Assembly (NCBI GenBank): GCA_951406725.2
Contig: OX597823.1
Coordinates: forward strand, 43,462,001-43,526,000
Length of the DNA: 64,000 nt
Direction of reading: 5' to 3'
Origin: Octopus vulgaris
Taxonomy: Eukaryota
The notes under the pieces are model-generated. The model saw only the letters and a list, made by a program, of their open reading frames with translations. It did not search any database and had not been told where the DNA came from. Each line of letters opens with the position of its first letter. The stretch's first letter is position 1. The position numbers and the translations under genes are program-made. Positions 1 to 14,539 of this stretch are shown piece by piece.

Positions 1-145
1 GTTCAAATGTCACCGGGGTTTACTTTCCCTTTCATTCGTTTCGAGTTCGATAAGATAAGTACCAGTTGATCACTGGTGTTGGTGTAATCGACTTATAACC
101 TCTCCCGAAATTGCTGGTCTTATGCCAAAATTTGAAACCAATATG
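1..145 (+). mobile_element. SINE family A (tRNA-type head plus conserved core), 5'-truncated by the window edge
   Basis: GTTCAAAT B-box, then core CTTTCCCTTTCATTCGTTTCGAGTTCGATAAGATAAGTACCAG and tail AAATTGCTGGTCTTATGCCAAAATTTGAAACC; homologous to many copies in the window. Confidence 0.75.
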
Positions 146-649
146 TTCCGGCAGATTAGAAAGTGGATATGCTAAACGCAATTGTGTTTCAACATAGGCG
201 AACAGCTTCTCCTTTCAGACACTTGTGTGCTCACAATACACTTGATTCATTTGAGCAAGGGGCCTTTGGGACATCTGGTGTTTCGGCATCGTTCCACCTC
301 GTCAGTCAAAGTCATCCAAGTCAAATTAATTGGAGAATCTTTTGTGGTTCTTGTTTTATAATTTCAACGAATATAACTGTTTGCTGATCTGTACTGATAA
401 CTACCAATCGAAAATAAATATTTACACGCATGGTAAACAATAAGAACGAAAAAAATGACATGTATATTCAGGCTTAATTCCTTCCAGTATATTTGAATAA
501 TAATATGTCAATCGCTGTTTTGCCTCGTCAAACGAGAAATTTTGATGTTCACCGTATACATGACGATATATTATATAACAACAACAATAACAGCAACAAC
601 AACAAAATAGATTAAGCATTGCCCTTTCACACAACCATTTATGTGAATT

Positions 650-990
650 CTAATTATTACTTATGTCTGGCAATACCCTGTTCTTCAAATGAGCTGGGGA
701 ATTCACCTTGATAGCAATATGAGCCAAACAGATATCACCGTTCCCATCAGTTGGTACTTTCCCATTTCCTAATTGGAGGAAGCAGGTTGAAAACTGTTTT
801 GCACATTGGTCCCCATGATAAAGTAGCATTGGCACAGCACTTCTGCTGAACCTGAATCTTTGCTTATGTTACAACTTAGACTGTCACTTGCGACCAGGTT
901 TAACAGTAATTTAAAAGCAGAATGAGCTGTTCGACCCCCTGTAAGAATGGTGGCAGCAAAGCCAGTCATCGGTACAGCAACTGCATTTTT
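650..990 (-). mobile_element. Helitron PIF1-family helicase remnant
   Basis: TGFAATILTGGRTAHSAFKL...CNISKDSGSAEVLCQC and FLQLGNGKVP are typical PIF1/Helitron helicase segments; internally deleted and frameshifted. Confidence 0.75.
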
Positions 991-1069
991 TTTTGTTATT
1001 GCCTTACTTTGAAGATAAGTAGAGTTACAAATTTTTTTACGTGTGTCGCCAGGAGCATTAAGAAGGAAA

Positions 1070-1385
1070 TTTCTTTCCGAGCTGAGATACCGTCGTAATC
1101 ACCAATAGACTCATCCAACTCTTTCCAAATCCTCGACAATGTCCTCAGATTGACACTCAAACACTCTGAAATGTTCATTTTGGAGCTTCCGGCGCGAAGG
1201 CCAAGCAGTACATCATGTCGTTTCCAAATATCCGGCAGAGTGAATTGCATCATGGTGCTGTTTTTCTCGCAGACGGTGCCCATCTGACCGTACTATACTG
1301 TGTAGTCGACAAAATCAAAAACGAACAATGCGCAAGCGCAAAATTAAAAATATGAATTGGCAACAAATTAGCAATCGCAGCCTGC
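1070..1385 (-). mobile_element. Tc1/mariner-superfamily (maT-like) transposase N-terminal HTH remnant
   Basis: WKRHDVLLGLRAGSSKMNISECLSVNLRTLSRIWKELDES resembles a transposase N-terminal HTH; ends next to a (TA)n tract. Confidence 0.5.
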
Positions 1386-1420
1386 ATATATATATATATA
1401 TATATATACGCGCGCAATAG

Positions 1421-1472
<52 letters not shown>

Positions 1473-2365
1473 CCTTGTGTGTATAGAGCTGATGTAGAAC
1501 TAATAGTATTTAAGCATTTTACTATGACTGACAGCGACCTTTTAATCAAGTTTGCTTTCGGTGAGAAGCGAAACCCTATTCTGACTCAACTCACGAAGAA
1601 CTTACCGCCTGACCAAGTTGATCACCATAAATAGAACAAATTATGAAAGAGAAATAAAGCTTCAAAAGCGCTCAAAATAAACATCAGAAAAACTAATTAT
1701 AATCATGTGCAACAGCCTATCCAGCCCTGCCTGTCATCATCAACAACGCTAATGATATCAATAATACCAAAAGTAACAATAAAAGCTAAACAACCAACAA
1801 GTTTAACATGAAAGCCATGTCTAAAGTAGTTATGAAATAAGAGGCAGCACCAATAATTAAAGTATAATAATCATTATTTTCCGAAAAGAGACGAATTTTT
1901 CAGATCTCTTTCTTCTAAAGCAGCTGAAAGTAGTGGGTGATGGAGTAAAGATAGGAAGTGAAAATAATGACTGGCGCTGAGCCATCTGTTTTGTGCGGTC
2001 GGTGAGGTTTGAAAATAATTATTTCAGCTCCTGGTGAAAAAAAAAAAAATACTGAGAAACTATAATAGTGAGATGGCTTTTATTATAACTTGATACAGAT
2101 TAGTAACTCACCTTAGTTAATTCAGTATAATGAAAACAGAGAGTATTATCAAAGAGTGATGAACATATTCGTACAGCCACTTGACAGTTGCATACATAAT
2201 GATATTATTTAATATTTAAAAAATCCCACACCCCGTCATTTACATTCCAAGCCGCCTGCGCAGTATCATACTGAAATATATCAGTATTAACAAACCATTT
2301 CTGATATGAAGAGACTGAACACAAAAGAGAGGGTGGCTTCCAATATATGCGTATATATTTATGTG

Positions 2366-2409
<44 letters not shown>

Positions 2410-2621
2410 CATGCATACATAAATGTTCACTCACACAGAGTTGTTAGAACTTCGGGTAATTTCCTTTCCAGTAATATGTGTAGCTCTTTGTGCTCTCTAC
2501 ATCGAAATCAACTTTGCATTTTTTTACTAACTCCGGGTTTGATAAATTATGTACTTGTATTAAATTTCCTCTTGTCTACCTTTCACTCAGTTTGTCTGTA
2601 TTTCTACTTGTGGAAATAATC

Positions 2622-2923
<302 letters not shown>

Positions 2924-2964
2924 CTATACTAGTCTATATAGTACTATATTATAAATATATATGT

Positions 2965-3175
2965 ACAAGAATTTTTAAGGAAGCAAATTTGACAGGATCT
3001 TTCGCATGCTGGACAAAATGCTTTGCGACATTTCTTTCAGTTCTTTACATTCTGAAATCAAGCCCACCGGGGTCAACTTCGCCTTTAATCCCTGTGGGGT
3101 CGATGAAATAAAGTAGAAGTCAAATACTGGGTGCAATGCTCAACGAACTTTTCGCCACAAATATGCTGGTCTTAA
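2965..3175 (+). mobile_element. SINE family A, degenerate
   Basis: GGGGTCAACTTCGCCTTTAATCCCTGTGGGGTCGATGAAATAAAGTA core preceded by a degenerate head. Confidence 0.6.
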
Positions 3176-3591
3176 AAACTACAACAGCGTACCGTTCAAG
3201 TGACCACGATCACCATATTCCTTTGAAATTGGGATATGAATTCCCCCGATCTTATCCCAGTTATTTAGTGTATTTTCTTGTTATTACAAGAAAGAAGAAT
3301 TTGCAACGGATGGGATTTGTCGGTCCCTTGATATTTTTATTATCTATATTCGCCCTGTAATTCCTCGATGGCTCACAGAGATGTTTATCGGCGAGTAGAG
3401 TACAGTTATTTGCATGATGTATTTTATACTGTAGCATCAGTCCAAAGTCTTGAAGTGGACAGAGTATGCTAGGTTATTTGGTCCCTTTATATTTGGAGGG
3501 GTAGATAAGGTTGTTTATGTCTGTATATGTGTATATCCATGCATATATATGTACATACACGAATATGTAAGTAAATAGATAGAGATATCGG

Positions 3592-3700
3592 CGCAGGCGT
3601 GTCTGTGTGGTAAGAAAATTGCTTCCCAACCACGTGGCTCTGGATTCACACCCACTACATGACACCTTGAGCAGGAATCTACTACTATATCCTCGGGTCG
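3592..3700 (+). mobile_element. SINE family B, 5' part (tRNA-type head, CORE-like segment)
   Basis: GTGTGGTAAGAAAATTGCTTCCCAACCACGTGG...GACACCTTGAGCAGG...TACTATATCCTCGGGTCGAC matches the full copy at 15220-15680. Confidence 0.7.
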
Positions 3701-4149
3701 ACATTACACATAATCGTTTTACTCAGGGACTAGTAGACCTGACACCGTTCATTAATCGGTGTGCATTCAAAGCAATGGTTAATAAATTCACGAAACCGAT
3801 ATGCTTTTGAATCTCTTTAACAATTCACAATAATGACTTTTATTACTTTTATTCCTACCTCACTTCATCTAAATGTATATATCAATCGTTACTTTTCATA
3901 CTTATTTTTCTTCTTACTTTCCCCTTACATTTCCACGTGTAGTTTCTATTTTCTTTTTGTAACATATTTCTATTATATATATATATTATTATTGTCAAAC
4001 TGTGCATGTGTGCTTATAGTCGGTACTATTGTCGTCATGTGATAGAAGTTTGAAGCTGATCTCGCCGTTTTTCTTCTTGACTTTACAGTGTAAGCATGAC
4101 CACTCCACTAGTAATGTACACCAAGCAAGAACCAAGAGCAGTGATCTGA

Positions 4150-4572
4150 TTTCTCTGGAAGATACATTACTTTGGTGGACAAGAAGCCGAAGCTAGCAAT
4201 TCGGACCAAACATCGAATCCTTCTTTGTTGTTGTATGACCATGCATGCACGCACACAACCACACAGACCGTTGAAACAATTAACCAATTGGGTTTTGAGA
4301 TGCTGGGACACCCTCCCTACAGCCCAGATCTCGCCCCTTTCGACTATCATATATTTGGACCGCTCAAAGATTTCCTAAGGATGAAAACGTGAAGTAAGCA
4401 CGATCAACCGATAACCTTCTTCTTGGAGGTTAAATCTCAAGCTTAAGGAACATTCGACCAAGTGCATCGAAAAGGAAGCAGACTATATAGTAAAATAACG
4501 TATTTATCCTCAGATTTTGTGTAAATACATTGGAAAAAGAAGAGTGCGTGTAATTGTTTGCTCTCCCTTGTG
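4150..4572 (+). mobile_element. mariner (DD34D) transposase C-terminal remnant with probable right TIR
   Basis: Plus frame reads LLYDHACTHTTTQTVETINQLGFEMLGHPPYSPDLAPFDYHIFGPLKDFLR, with the mariner YSPDLAPxD motif. Confidence 0.85.
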
Positions 4573-4578
4573 GATATT

Positions 4579-4645
<67 letters not shown>

Positions 4646-4917
4646 TCACACGAAGAGCTTTCTCCTTCAGTCTTCCAAATTCCATTACCCGCTCAAAAAA
4701 CATTAGCTTATTCCATGTTTATGACGGAAGGCACCTGCTCAATGTTCAGTATATTGCATGACAAAGGGGGCATATATTATTGCCATAAAAAAAAGCATAA
4801 GTACGCGGTGGAGCATGTACCCAGAACCCTCTCCCAAGCTTCTGAATAATAGCGTTCAGAACATTTGACCGATTGACCGATTATTTACATAGTTCCCAAT
4901 GTTAATATTTCCTGTGC

Positions 4918-5490
<573 letters not shown>

Positions 5491-5733
5491 GTAGCTACGA
5501 ATGGCAATACCAATAATATTAGCTGCAGCACCAATGATATTAGCAGTGATGTTCCTAAAATTCCGCCTTGCGTTACTACAAGTTAAAGAACGAAAGCCAA
5601 AACACTTTAATACGGAATTAAAGAAAATCTTATCAGTGTCAGCTTTAAGTGATTGAGGAACAGAAGAATGATATTCCAGAGACATAATGATAATAATAAT
5701 AATAATAACAATAATAATAACAACAACAACAAG

Positions 5734-5809
<76 letters not shown>

Positions 5810-6134
5810 GCACGCTAATGCACAGTATGCGATTTGTAGTTAGCTAAGAGGAAAGCAATAGAAGTTGCTGATTGAATTAAGGGCAAATGAAGAGTGTCCT
5901 GAAAGTTTGGCCGGTTCAGCAGATAAGGAGTATTTCCCGCTAGCGGTCATCTGATTTGGTCGGAGGTGGATGAGTAGCGAACGGCAAGATATCTCTTATA
6001 ATTGGTTGCAACAGTTAGGCAAAATAAAAGGAAGACGAAAAGGAAAATGAAATCCGTTCGTGAGACAAAATGGCGTCCATTCAGAAGTTGTAAGAGAGAG
6101 ATAAATGGAGACATTTTTACGTAAATTCGTATGC

Positions 6135-6193
<59 letters not shown>

Positions 6194-6724
6194 TGAGTGT
6201 ATGTGGGCTCCAATGAATGCATGTGTGTATATGTGTGGGTATGTGCATGTGAGAGAGAGAAAGTGTTTACCCATATAGGTAAGAATGTAGTACTAATACT
6301 CGAAACTACATTTCATCGATTATACAGACTGTTTATTACATACACACATACACACAGTGACACACACACATACATTATATATATGCATGCCTGCATATAT
6401 ATATATATATATACATACTTACACATATATCTATGCATAGAAATATATAGCCACATAAATATATATACATATATATAGATATATATATAGCAGCATAAGT
6501 ATATATATATACACACATACATAGTTATGTGTATATATAGATATGTGTGTGCGTGCACGCGTGAATAATATAAATCTGTATATAAGTATACGTATACAAT
6601 ATGCATACACACACACACACTCACACATATCTCGACACACTCACTTATATAGGTCTCCAGGTCTCCCTCAACATACACACATATGTATGCAGAGGCGGTC
6701 TGTACATAAATATATGTATACGTT

Positions 6725-6768
<44 letters not shown>

Positions 6769-7128
6769 TGCCTTCTTGCTTATATTATATACGTATTTGT
6801 GTTTGTCCATATACGCGCATTCATTAATTTCATTTGTCCGCTTTTAGAATTAGACATTGATCATTGGGAATATCAATGCTGAAGCGTCCCTTTGTTGTTC
6901 AGTTAAGAAAGTTAATATTTGGTTTGATAGTTTGATATGTTCCCAATAATCCGTCCTTTTCAAGTGTGAAATATCCTAATATTCTTCGATTTATGATAGA
7001 GTCTTCAATGACGCATATACATATTTATGTAATACATAAACACAAACATGAACGGAAAAACGTATGCATACAATCACGCGCACGCACACACATAAACACA
7101 CTCACATAAACAGACACATAATGTTTAC

Positions 7129-7191
<63 letters not shown>

Positions 7192-9040
7192 CATGCATAC
7201 ATACACACATGTATATAACTATACATATATAGGAGTATACGTGTGTATGTGTATGTACTTTTTATATATATACATTTATATGTGCATAGTATACACATAC
7301 ACGCATATACACAACGTATGTTATACGTATAAATATATATATATACATATATCTATATCTATCTCTCTCTCTCTATATATATATATGGGTATATATATAT
7401 ATATATACATACATGGGTATATACATACATGGGTATATACACACATCTATACATAAACATACAACGTAGATACACATATGTATACATAGACATAGATATA
7501 TGTGTGAGTGTGTGCGTGCAAGTGTACTTATATGTGTGTATGTGTGTATATATGTGTGTACATAATTGCACAAATGCGTGTGTCTAACATTGTATATGTA
7601 TAATTCGCTCTGTGATTATGTATTAAATGTAGCTGGATACTTTCGCCATGAACGTGTATCGAGTGCTGGCTGTAATGTTTTTACACTAATCACAACATCC
7701 ACTAGATTCTATTTATAAGGAATGTGCGTGCGTGTGTCTGTGCTTGTGCTTGCTAATCCGTATTAGTGTGTGTGAGTATGTGATTGTGTGCCTATATATG
7801 TGATTGTGTGCCTCTATTATATGAATACGTTATATGTTTTAATATAGTGCGTATATTTGTCTTTGTGCGTGTCATCGTCCAAAGCGCCACGTTTCTTTCC
7901 CGGTGATCATTCCGATAGTAAGCGCCATCTCTCTATTCAATTAAATATTGTCGATATGTCAGTCAGTTTCCATAATTTAGCAACAACAGCAGAGAAGGAA
8001 TAGAAAATTAAAGGGAAAGAGTTGTGGAGAGTAAGGATCGGTACCCGGGGTTTGCCCTTTCTTCGGTAAAATAATTAATACGGATCGATTTTTTTCTCCC
8101 TCCAGCTATAATATCTCAATGCCATATACTGAAATATTATTGTTTGTTGAAGAATGCTGCTACAGATGGTGTTGATTGATGTATTGAACATCGTAAACGC
8201 TAGTTTTGTGTTAGTGAATCCCTGTTGGTTATCAGTTTGAAAAATATAAAGCACTCCAGTAGATAATAATTTAACTTCTTGACTCAAAGTCTAGAAGTTC
8301 GTGTCGCTGGACAAGAGCGTAAAGCTCTCCTATTTCCACTTATTTGTTAGTATGCACGTAGATTTTCCATGTAGTTTTTTCGACCTTCTAGAAATAACAG
8401 CCAAATCTTCCACCAAAAACTACATTTCTCTATTGTCGGAGACAATAAATACAGGTTCTAATGCACTAAAAGATGAGATGGTCATAACTGGAACGTCTTT
8501 CCTTGTTGTTCTACTTATTCAAGGATGACCTGAAATCAAATTACAATGACTCCAGCCGACAATTGCAAGTGAGTATGACTTAGTAGTAAGTACCATGTTT
8601 TAACTAATAGTCGTCGCTGCCTGTGTAATCAGGACACCTTCTCAGCCCTCCCACGAGTTGACGCACCAAAACATCAAAGATATGACAGCAGGAAAGAAAA
8701 AGGTTTGCGCAAGCACAAGGCAGTCACTCTTTTTTGTAAGTAATGTTATATGAAATACTTTGCTGAAGGACACAAAGCCCTGCTTGCTTCAAGAATCGAA
8801 CCCACGACTTTACAATCGTGATCCCCACACTTCAACCACTAGGTCACACGCTGCACACTAAAAGGGTACGTACACACATGCATAGTTATATATATATATA
8901 TACATTTATATATATACATTTATATGTGCATAGTATACACATACACGCGTATACACAACGTATGTTATACGTATAAATATATATATATATATACATATAT
9001 ACATATATCTATATATATATATATGGATATATATATATAT

Positions 9041-9105
<65 letters not shown>

Positions 9106-9170
9106 CATACATGGGTATATACACACATCTATACATAAACATACAACGTAGATACACATATGTATACATA

Positions 9171-9270
9171 AGTTTCCCAAGCAGTTATTCCTCTAAATAT
9201 CAAATTGGTTTCATGCTGCTTAACTTCGATAATTCAACGGGAAATGGAGTTTTCTATGAGAGATCGGAAG
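9171..9270 (-). pseudogene. Degenerate 5S rRNA-like sequence (pseudogene or 5S-derived SINE head)
   Basis: Plus strand TTCCCAAGCAGTT...TGCTTAACTTCG...ACGGGAAATGGAGTTTTC follows the reverse complement of 5S rRNA in order and spacing, with many mismatches. Confidence 0.4.
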
Positions 9271-9889
9271 TTTAGAATGTCCAGAGATAAATTTGTGTTC
9301 GCCATGAAAATATAAAAACTGTGCGAAAGGTTATTCGAATGACTTCAGCAGTTCTCGTGTAGTCTCCTTGCCTAGTCTTAACACCTTTTTCCATGAGCCT
9401 AGGTGAAGTGAATATTTTCATACTCTACACTGATGTACAGTTTGTTTGCAAAGCGAAAACTATACTGTTGTAGAATCATCGAATTACAGGAAATCAACAC
9501 TTTTTTTCTGATAACAGTAACCTTCAGATATTCAGGTTGATGATCAGACTCATCAAACTCACCATTTTGGGAGAGACTATGCAAGTGTAGAGAGACTTCC
9601 GTGAACCTACTCTGTCTTAAGGCATCACTAAGTAATTTGCATTTAGTTAGTGGGTTAAAGAGCAAAAACACGGGTCATTTCTCATTGCTTGCTTCTATCC
9701 TTTCTCTACAAGGTCTATTAGTTCTCCTTGGTGACTAACTTCAGAAACACTGTGTACTTTAATAGGAACTTCGTGGTTTTCCGTTGTTTTCGGAATGTTT
9801 TCACACCATCAGTCTGGTCGCTCAGAACACAGAGGACAAGAAATGTATACAGCAAAAGAGTTTGTCGAACGCTCCTAATTCCGCCATGG

Positions 9890-10030
9890 TGAGTGGCGAC
9901 TTTATTTTATCGACCTTAGAAGAATAAAACGCAAAGGTGACCTCTGCAAGATTTGAACTCAGAACGCAAAGATAGGTAACATATATTACAAATCATTTTG
10001 TCTCGCTTTCTACCACTTCACCATCCCCAG
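9890..10030 (-). mobile_element. SINE family A, degenerate
   Basis: TTTTATCGACCTTAGAAGAATAAAACGCAAAGGTGACCTC...ATTTGAACTCAGAACG. Confidence 0.6.
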
Positions 10031-11559
10031 ATCTACTAAAATCACACAAGTGACTTCATAATATTAGATATTTGTTGTTTCATTCAGTAGTAAACAATCA
10101 CTTCCTGTGGTGGTTACTTAATTTACATCGTTGTGGTCATTGATAGAGAAGTATGTTGTCCACAAATACAACAAATCGCTGGTGACATGATACTACAAAC
10201 CATTAATCGCTCAACTGGTTGTGTAGAACCCTATTGATTGAGTCATCAGGATTCGTGTTACTGCTACTGCTAATACTATTTTGTTGTCGGTTAGTGTTAT
10301 TGCTTCCACAAATGCAATCGCTTTTACAATTGCTTTTGTTTCAATTCCTTATAGCAATATTGAATACTTATTTTGGCCTAATGCCACATATCTGTAAGAG
10401 AGAACTATAGAACATGTCTGGGAAATATATATCGACTCCTAGTCGGATAAAAAGACAATCAAAGTCAATTCCACTGGGATTTGACCCTAGAACACAGAGC
10501 CCAAATTAAAAGTCTGTTGCTTTTGTTCAGATTGTTGTTGCTATTTTCTTGGTGTAATTGTTGCTGTTTATGATGTTACTAATACCAAAATTAAACCTGA
10601 TCGAATAGATTTGATCATTCGAGCTGTAGCATGTCAGAGAAGCAAACAAAAAGCCGTGTAATATTTGTTCCGGTTCTTTACGTTCTGAGTTCATATCTTG
10701 CCGAGCTCATTTTCACTATTCATCCTTCCGATGTCGATAAGATAAAGAACCAGCCTAGGACGGATGAGGATAGCGTTGGTCGAAATATATGATCAAAAGT
10801 GATCCAACTTTCGCCTTTCAGTATTTTGTTTATAAGTCATGGTGTGTCTATAAATCTCTATCAGTCAAAGTGAACTTCTTTTTTTTATCTAAAACGATAG
10901 ATTGAAATATAATGGAGATTTGTATGTCATTTTCTCCAGAAGGATAGGTGATGTCTTAAATTTTTTCCCAATTCTGTTGTAAGAAATTCAGGATCGTGCA
11001 CCACCGTTTCTCCAAACACAGCAAATAAAATTCCAGTAACCAACTTTATTCCTGTTACGGAATTTTGGTTACATCAGTAAAGAACTTTTGGCTGATATGT
11101 TACCGTTCCTGACACTGGTGTTGGTGGATGATGTACTCATTTATATCATTGCTTCTATAATAGCTAACATTTCTACTGATGATCAATCGAAGAGAAATTC
11201 CTATACGGTATTTCTCTATTGACTTAGCCTAACTAGAAATAGCAGCCAAATTTTTCCCCCAAAGTCGAACCCACAGTTTCTGAAACAAGGAAGAATAAAA
11301 TTGGTAATGTAATCCTAAATATAACTGAAAATAAATTGGCAATGTCACGTGTCAAACATGTTGCTTTTGAATCAGTTCGGTGAGGACATGTGTGAAATTA
11401 TATCTCAGCAAAAATTACATCTGACGGACCCTATTGTTGTGAATTACCAGTACCTATAGTACAACTTCATTACAATCTCTGCCATCACAACTAACTATTA
11501 TTACAAAAGCACTGCCCTTACAATCACTGTTTCACTACTAACCTCGTTAATTTTTACCA

Positions 11560-11700
11560 AGGCCAGCAATTTTGATGGGAAAAGCAAAGCTGATTACATT
11601 CTTTTCAGGGATTAACTGGCACTTCTTTTATCGAACTCGAAAGGATGGAAGGCGCAATTTACCCCGGTAGAATTTGAATTCAGAACGAAAGGAGCCAGAA
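11560..11700 (-). mobile_element. SINE family A interrupted by a CR1 3' fragment (resumes near 11843)
   Basis: TTTATCGAACTCGAAAGGATGGAAGGCGC...ATTTGAATTCAGAACG; the head continues AAATGCTGATAAGAATTTTG after the insert. Confidence 0.65.
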
Positions 11701-11842
11701 GTTAAGTTAAGTTAAGTTAAGTTAATTTTTTGGCTCAAAAAGCAAAAAGCAAGGCCATGTAGGGGGATATGGAGTTATGTACAGGGAGGGTGTTCATGCA
11801 AAGAGTTCAAGCCATTTCTGGTCAAGAGAGACTTTGAACCGA
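11701..11842 (-). mobile_element. CR1-type LINE extreme 3' end with (AACTT)n tail
   Basis: Minus strand reads RFKVSLDQKWLELFA* (CR1-like FKxxLDxxW C-terminus), a short 3'UTR, then a pentanucleotide tail; possible AGAA duplication on both sides. Confidence 0.65.
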
Positions 11843-12094
11843 GAAAATGCTGATAAGAATTTTGTTCAAGTTGGGGGTTTCCATTTCCAAAACCCATTAT
11901 TAACATTGTATTTTTGTTGTGCCTATCACAGTAACTAACCGTTGAACCAGTGACTGAGTGGAAACTTTTCATTCTAAGTGATTCGTCCTAAGTTTTAATA
12001 TAGAAAGTTTCGATATCGCCATTTAACTTTTTTTAATACGTAGAAATATGCTGTTGGTGTTGATGGTGGAGGTGGGAGTAACAGTAATAGAAGC

Positions 12095-12169
<75 letters not shown>

Positions 12170-12495
12170 TGTTGTTGTTGTTATTGTTGTTGAAGCAACA
12201 GCAGCTGCAGGCTGAGGAGTACTGATGTGTGAATTACACCAAAATATAACGGAATTCACTCGACAAAATGTCTTGATCAAACACACACGCACACACACGC
12301 ACACACACACGCACACGCAAACACGCACACGCACACCCACGTGCACACACACACACACACACACACACACGCATTTAACATTTAGAAGAGAATAATATAA
12401 ATGTCACAATTGGCTTGCTATTTATTTTACATGTGTATTTGTGTCTTTTTGTGTGAGTGTTTGTGTATGTGGGTCTGCATGTTTGTGTAAGTGTA

Positions 12496-12551
<56 letters not shown>

Positions 12552-14507
12552 AGCGCGTGTGTTTTTGTCTAGGTATCTGTATATACGTGTGTGTGTCTGT
12601 GTCTGTGTCTGTGCGTACATGTGTGTGTTTGCATGTGAGTGCGTGTGCGTTGTGCGTGTATATATTTGTGTGCGTGTGTTTTGATATTTCCCAAAAGGTT
12701 ACTGACCTCTAGCATACATTCCGATCGTAAAATCCTGACTGATCACTGCCGGGTCAAGGAAAATAAGCATTTGAGTTTGGACGTGTGTGGTCATGTGTTC
12801 TGTTTTCCCAATCTTTACCGATGGCACAGGAATAAATAGTCACAAGATTAGTATCACCCTCTGTCAGACGTGTTTACGATATATTGTTCATGATCTCACC
12901 TCTCTAATTTCATTTTATAGTTCTTTCATACAAAGTTTCAATGTCTAGTATAAACAAATACAGACATATTATACACCATACAACATAGAATATTGATTTA
13001 TTAGAGGGTTTATCATTAATAACTAAGTGGTTGTTAAGAACAGCTCCACTTTAAAAGGGGAAATAATCGCAAGATTAAGGAGAATGACAGGTTTCTTGAC
13101 TAGAGATATGTGAACTGTCATGGACACGTTCCTGGACCAATACCAGTCATTAGCACGACAATTGTTCGACTTTATCTTCATAAGGGCCAAAGGATTGGGA
13201 CAGATACAAAAAGATTAGAGAATATGTCATAATTACCAAATTATTTATGACCTCGGTAATTTGCATAATTTGAACAAAATGAGCTAAGAGAAATAACTGA
13301 GTGGCTAGTGGTATGCATTTGAATAACATTGATAAATATAGGTATATCAAATACAATACAGTATTAATTCTTCATTTATTAAAATTATCTCCACCTCTAG
13401 AGGATGTATCATAATTGCAAATTGTGAGTTAGACCAGCTCAATTTGAGAAGAGGAAATAATGTTGAGAATCAAGAATTTTTTAAAAATTGAAACACCTCC
13501 ACGTCTGTCCTCTTATCTCCAGAGAATGAGCCTGTCGTTTCCCTTGACTGCATGTCAGCTTTGGAGAAATTCTTGATTTTTTAGATTACCTCTCCTTGTC
13601 AAGTGAAGTCTGTCTTATCCGTCATTTGGTAATTATGACAATTTCTCTAGATGTGGAGGTAGTTTTAATAAATCAAGAATTCATATTGTATGGTATTTGG
13701 CATTTAGATGTTGTTCATATACATGCCACATTTTCTTCAGTTCATTTTTATTAAACCATCAATAACCAAGTTAAATTAATTTACTGAATGAATTAGAGCA
13801 CATCTCAACCCGCTAATGATAACACCAAACAAGAACAACAATAGCTACAAAAACAGTAAAAGCTACAATAACAGCAACTACTTTAACAACAATAACGGCG
13901 ACAACAAGAGCAACACCAACACCAGTAGCAGCGGCAATAACTTCAACTACAACATCGGCATGACTACCACAAAACAAGGCAATAACAAGACCACAGCTGA
14001 ACATTTGTGTCGTCTACTGATCTGCCAGCGGTAGAAGATCCATGGTGCCTATAACATTTCATTTGACATAAACATATGTTCCACTAAAGGCGTGGAGTCA
14101 CAATTTTACATTTCTCCTAAAATTGGAATCTTAAGAAAAGAGCCTAGACTTTTAAAGGTAGAAGCAATGTTCATGCCAATTAACAGCTATTTGTGATAGA
14201 AACGCTTGTTTTCTCATCAATTATCCGCCATATTGGCTGGTTTTGAAATGTATCATTTAGTTACAATCCCACTCTGTTTAGTAATGTAAATGATCTGTTT
14301 ACTTTTACATATAGGCATCAATTAGCTATCAGGATATGGCTTTTCTCTGGATGTCTTTTCAACTATAAAAATCACTATATAAAGAAAGTTAAGTGAAAAG
14401 GCATAACTTCGTAGCGTATCACAAGCATGACAATGCATTCTGAACAGGACACCAGGAGCTATCTTTTAACAGACTAAATAATACATATATATATTATCGA
14501 GTGTGTG

Positions 14508-14539
<32 letters not shown>

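Noticed and set aside
5870-6090. Promoter-like patch (ATTGG, AAAATGGCG YY1-like); a similar motif near 33930
   Set aside because: Short motifs alone, with no linked exon or start site, are insufficient
9399-9830. 90-aa minus ORF and upstream protein-like frames as host exons
   Set aside because: No convincing splice-site pair, in-frame stops, no recognisable motif
10920-11150. Minus-strand peptide resembling a glycosylated N-terminus plus a hydrophobic helix
   Set aside because: Needs a frameshift across a stop and has no family signature
11170-11205. CTGATGA...GAAA near 11176 (and CTGATGA near 26186)
   Set aside because: Stem II is at most 2 bp and there is no stem I; expected by chance in AT-rich DNA
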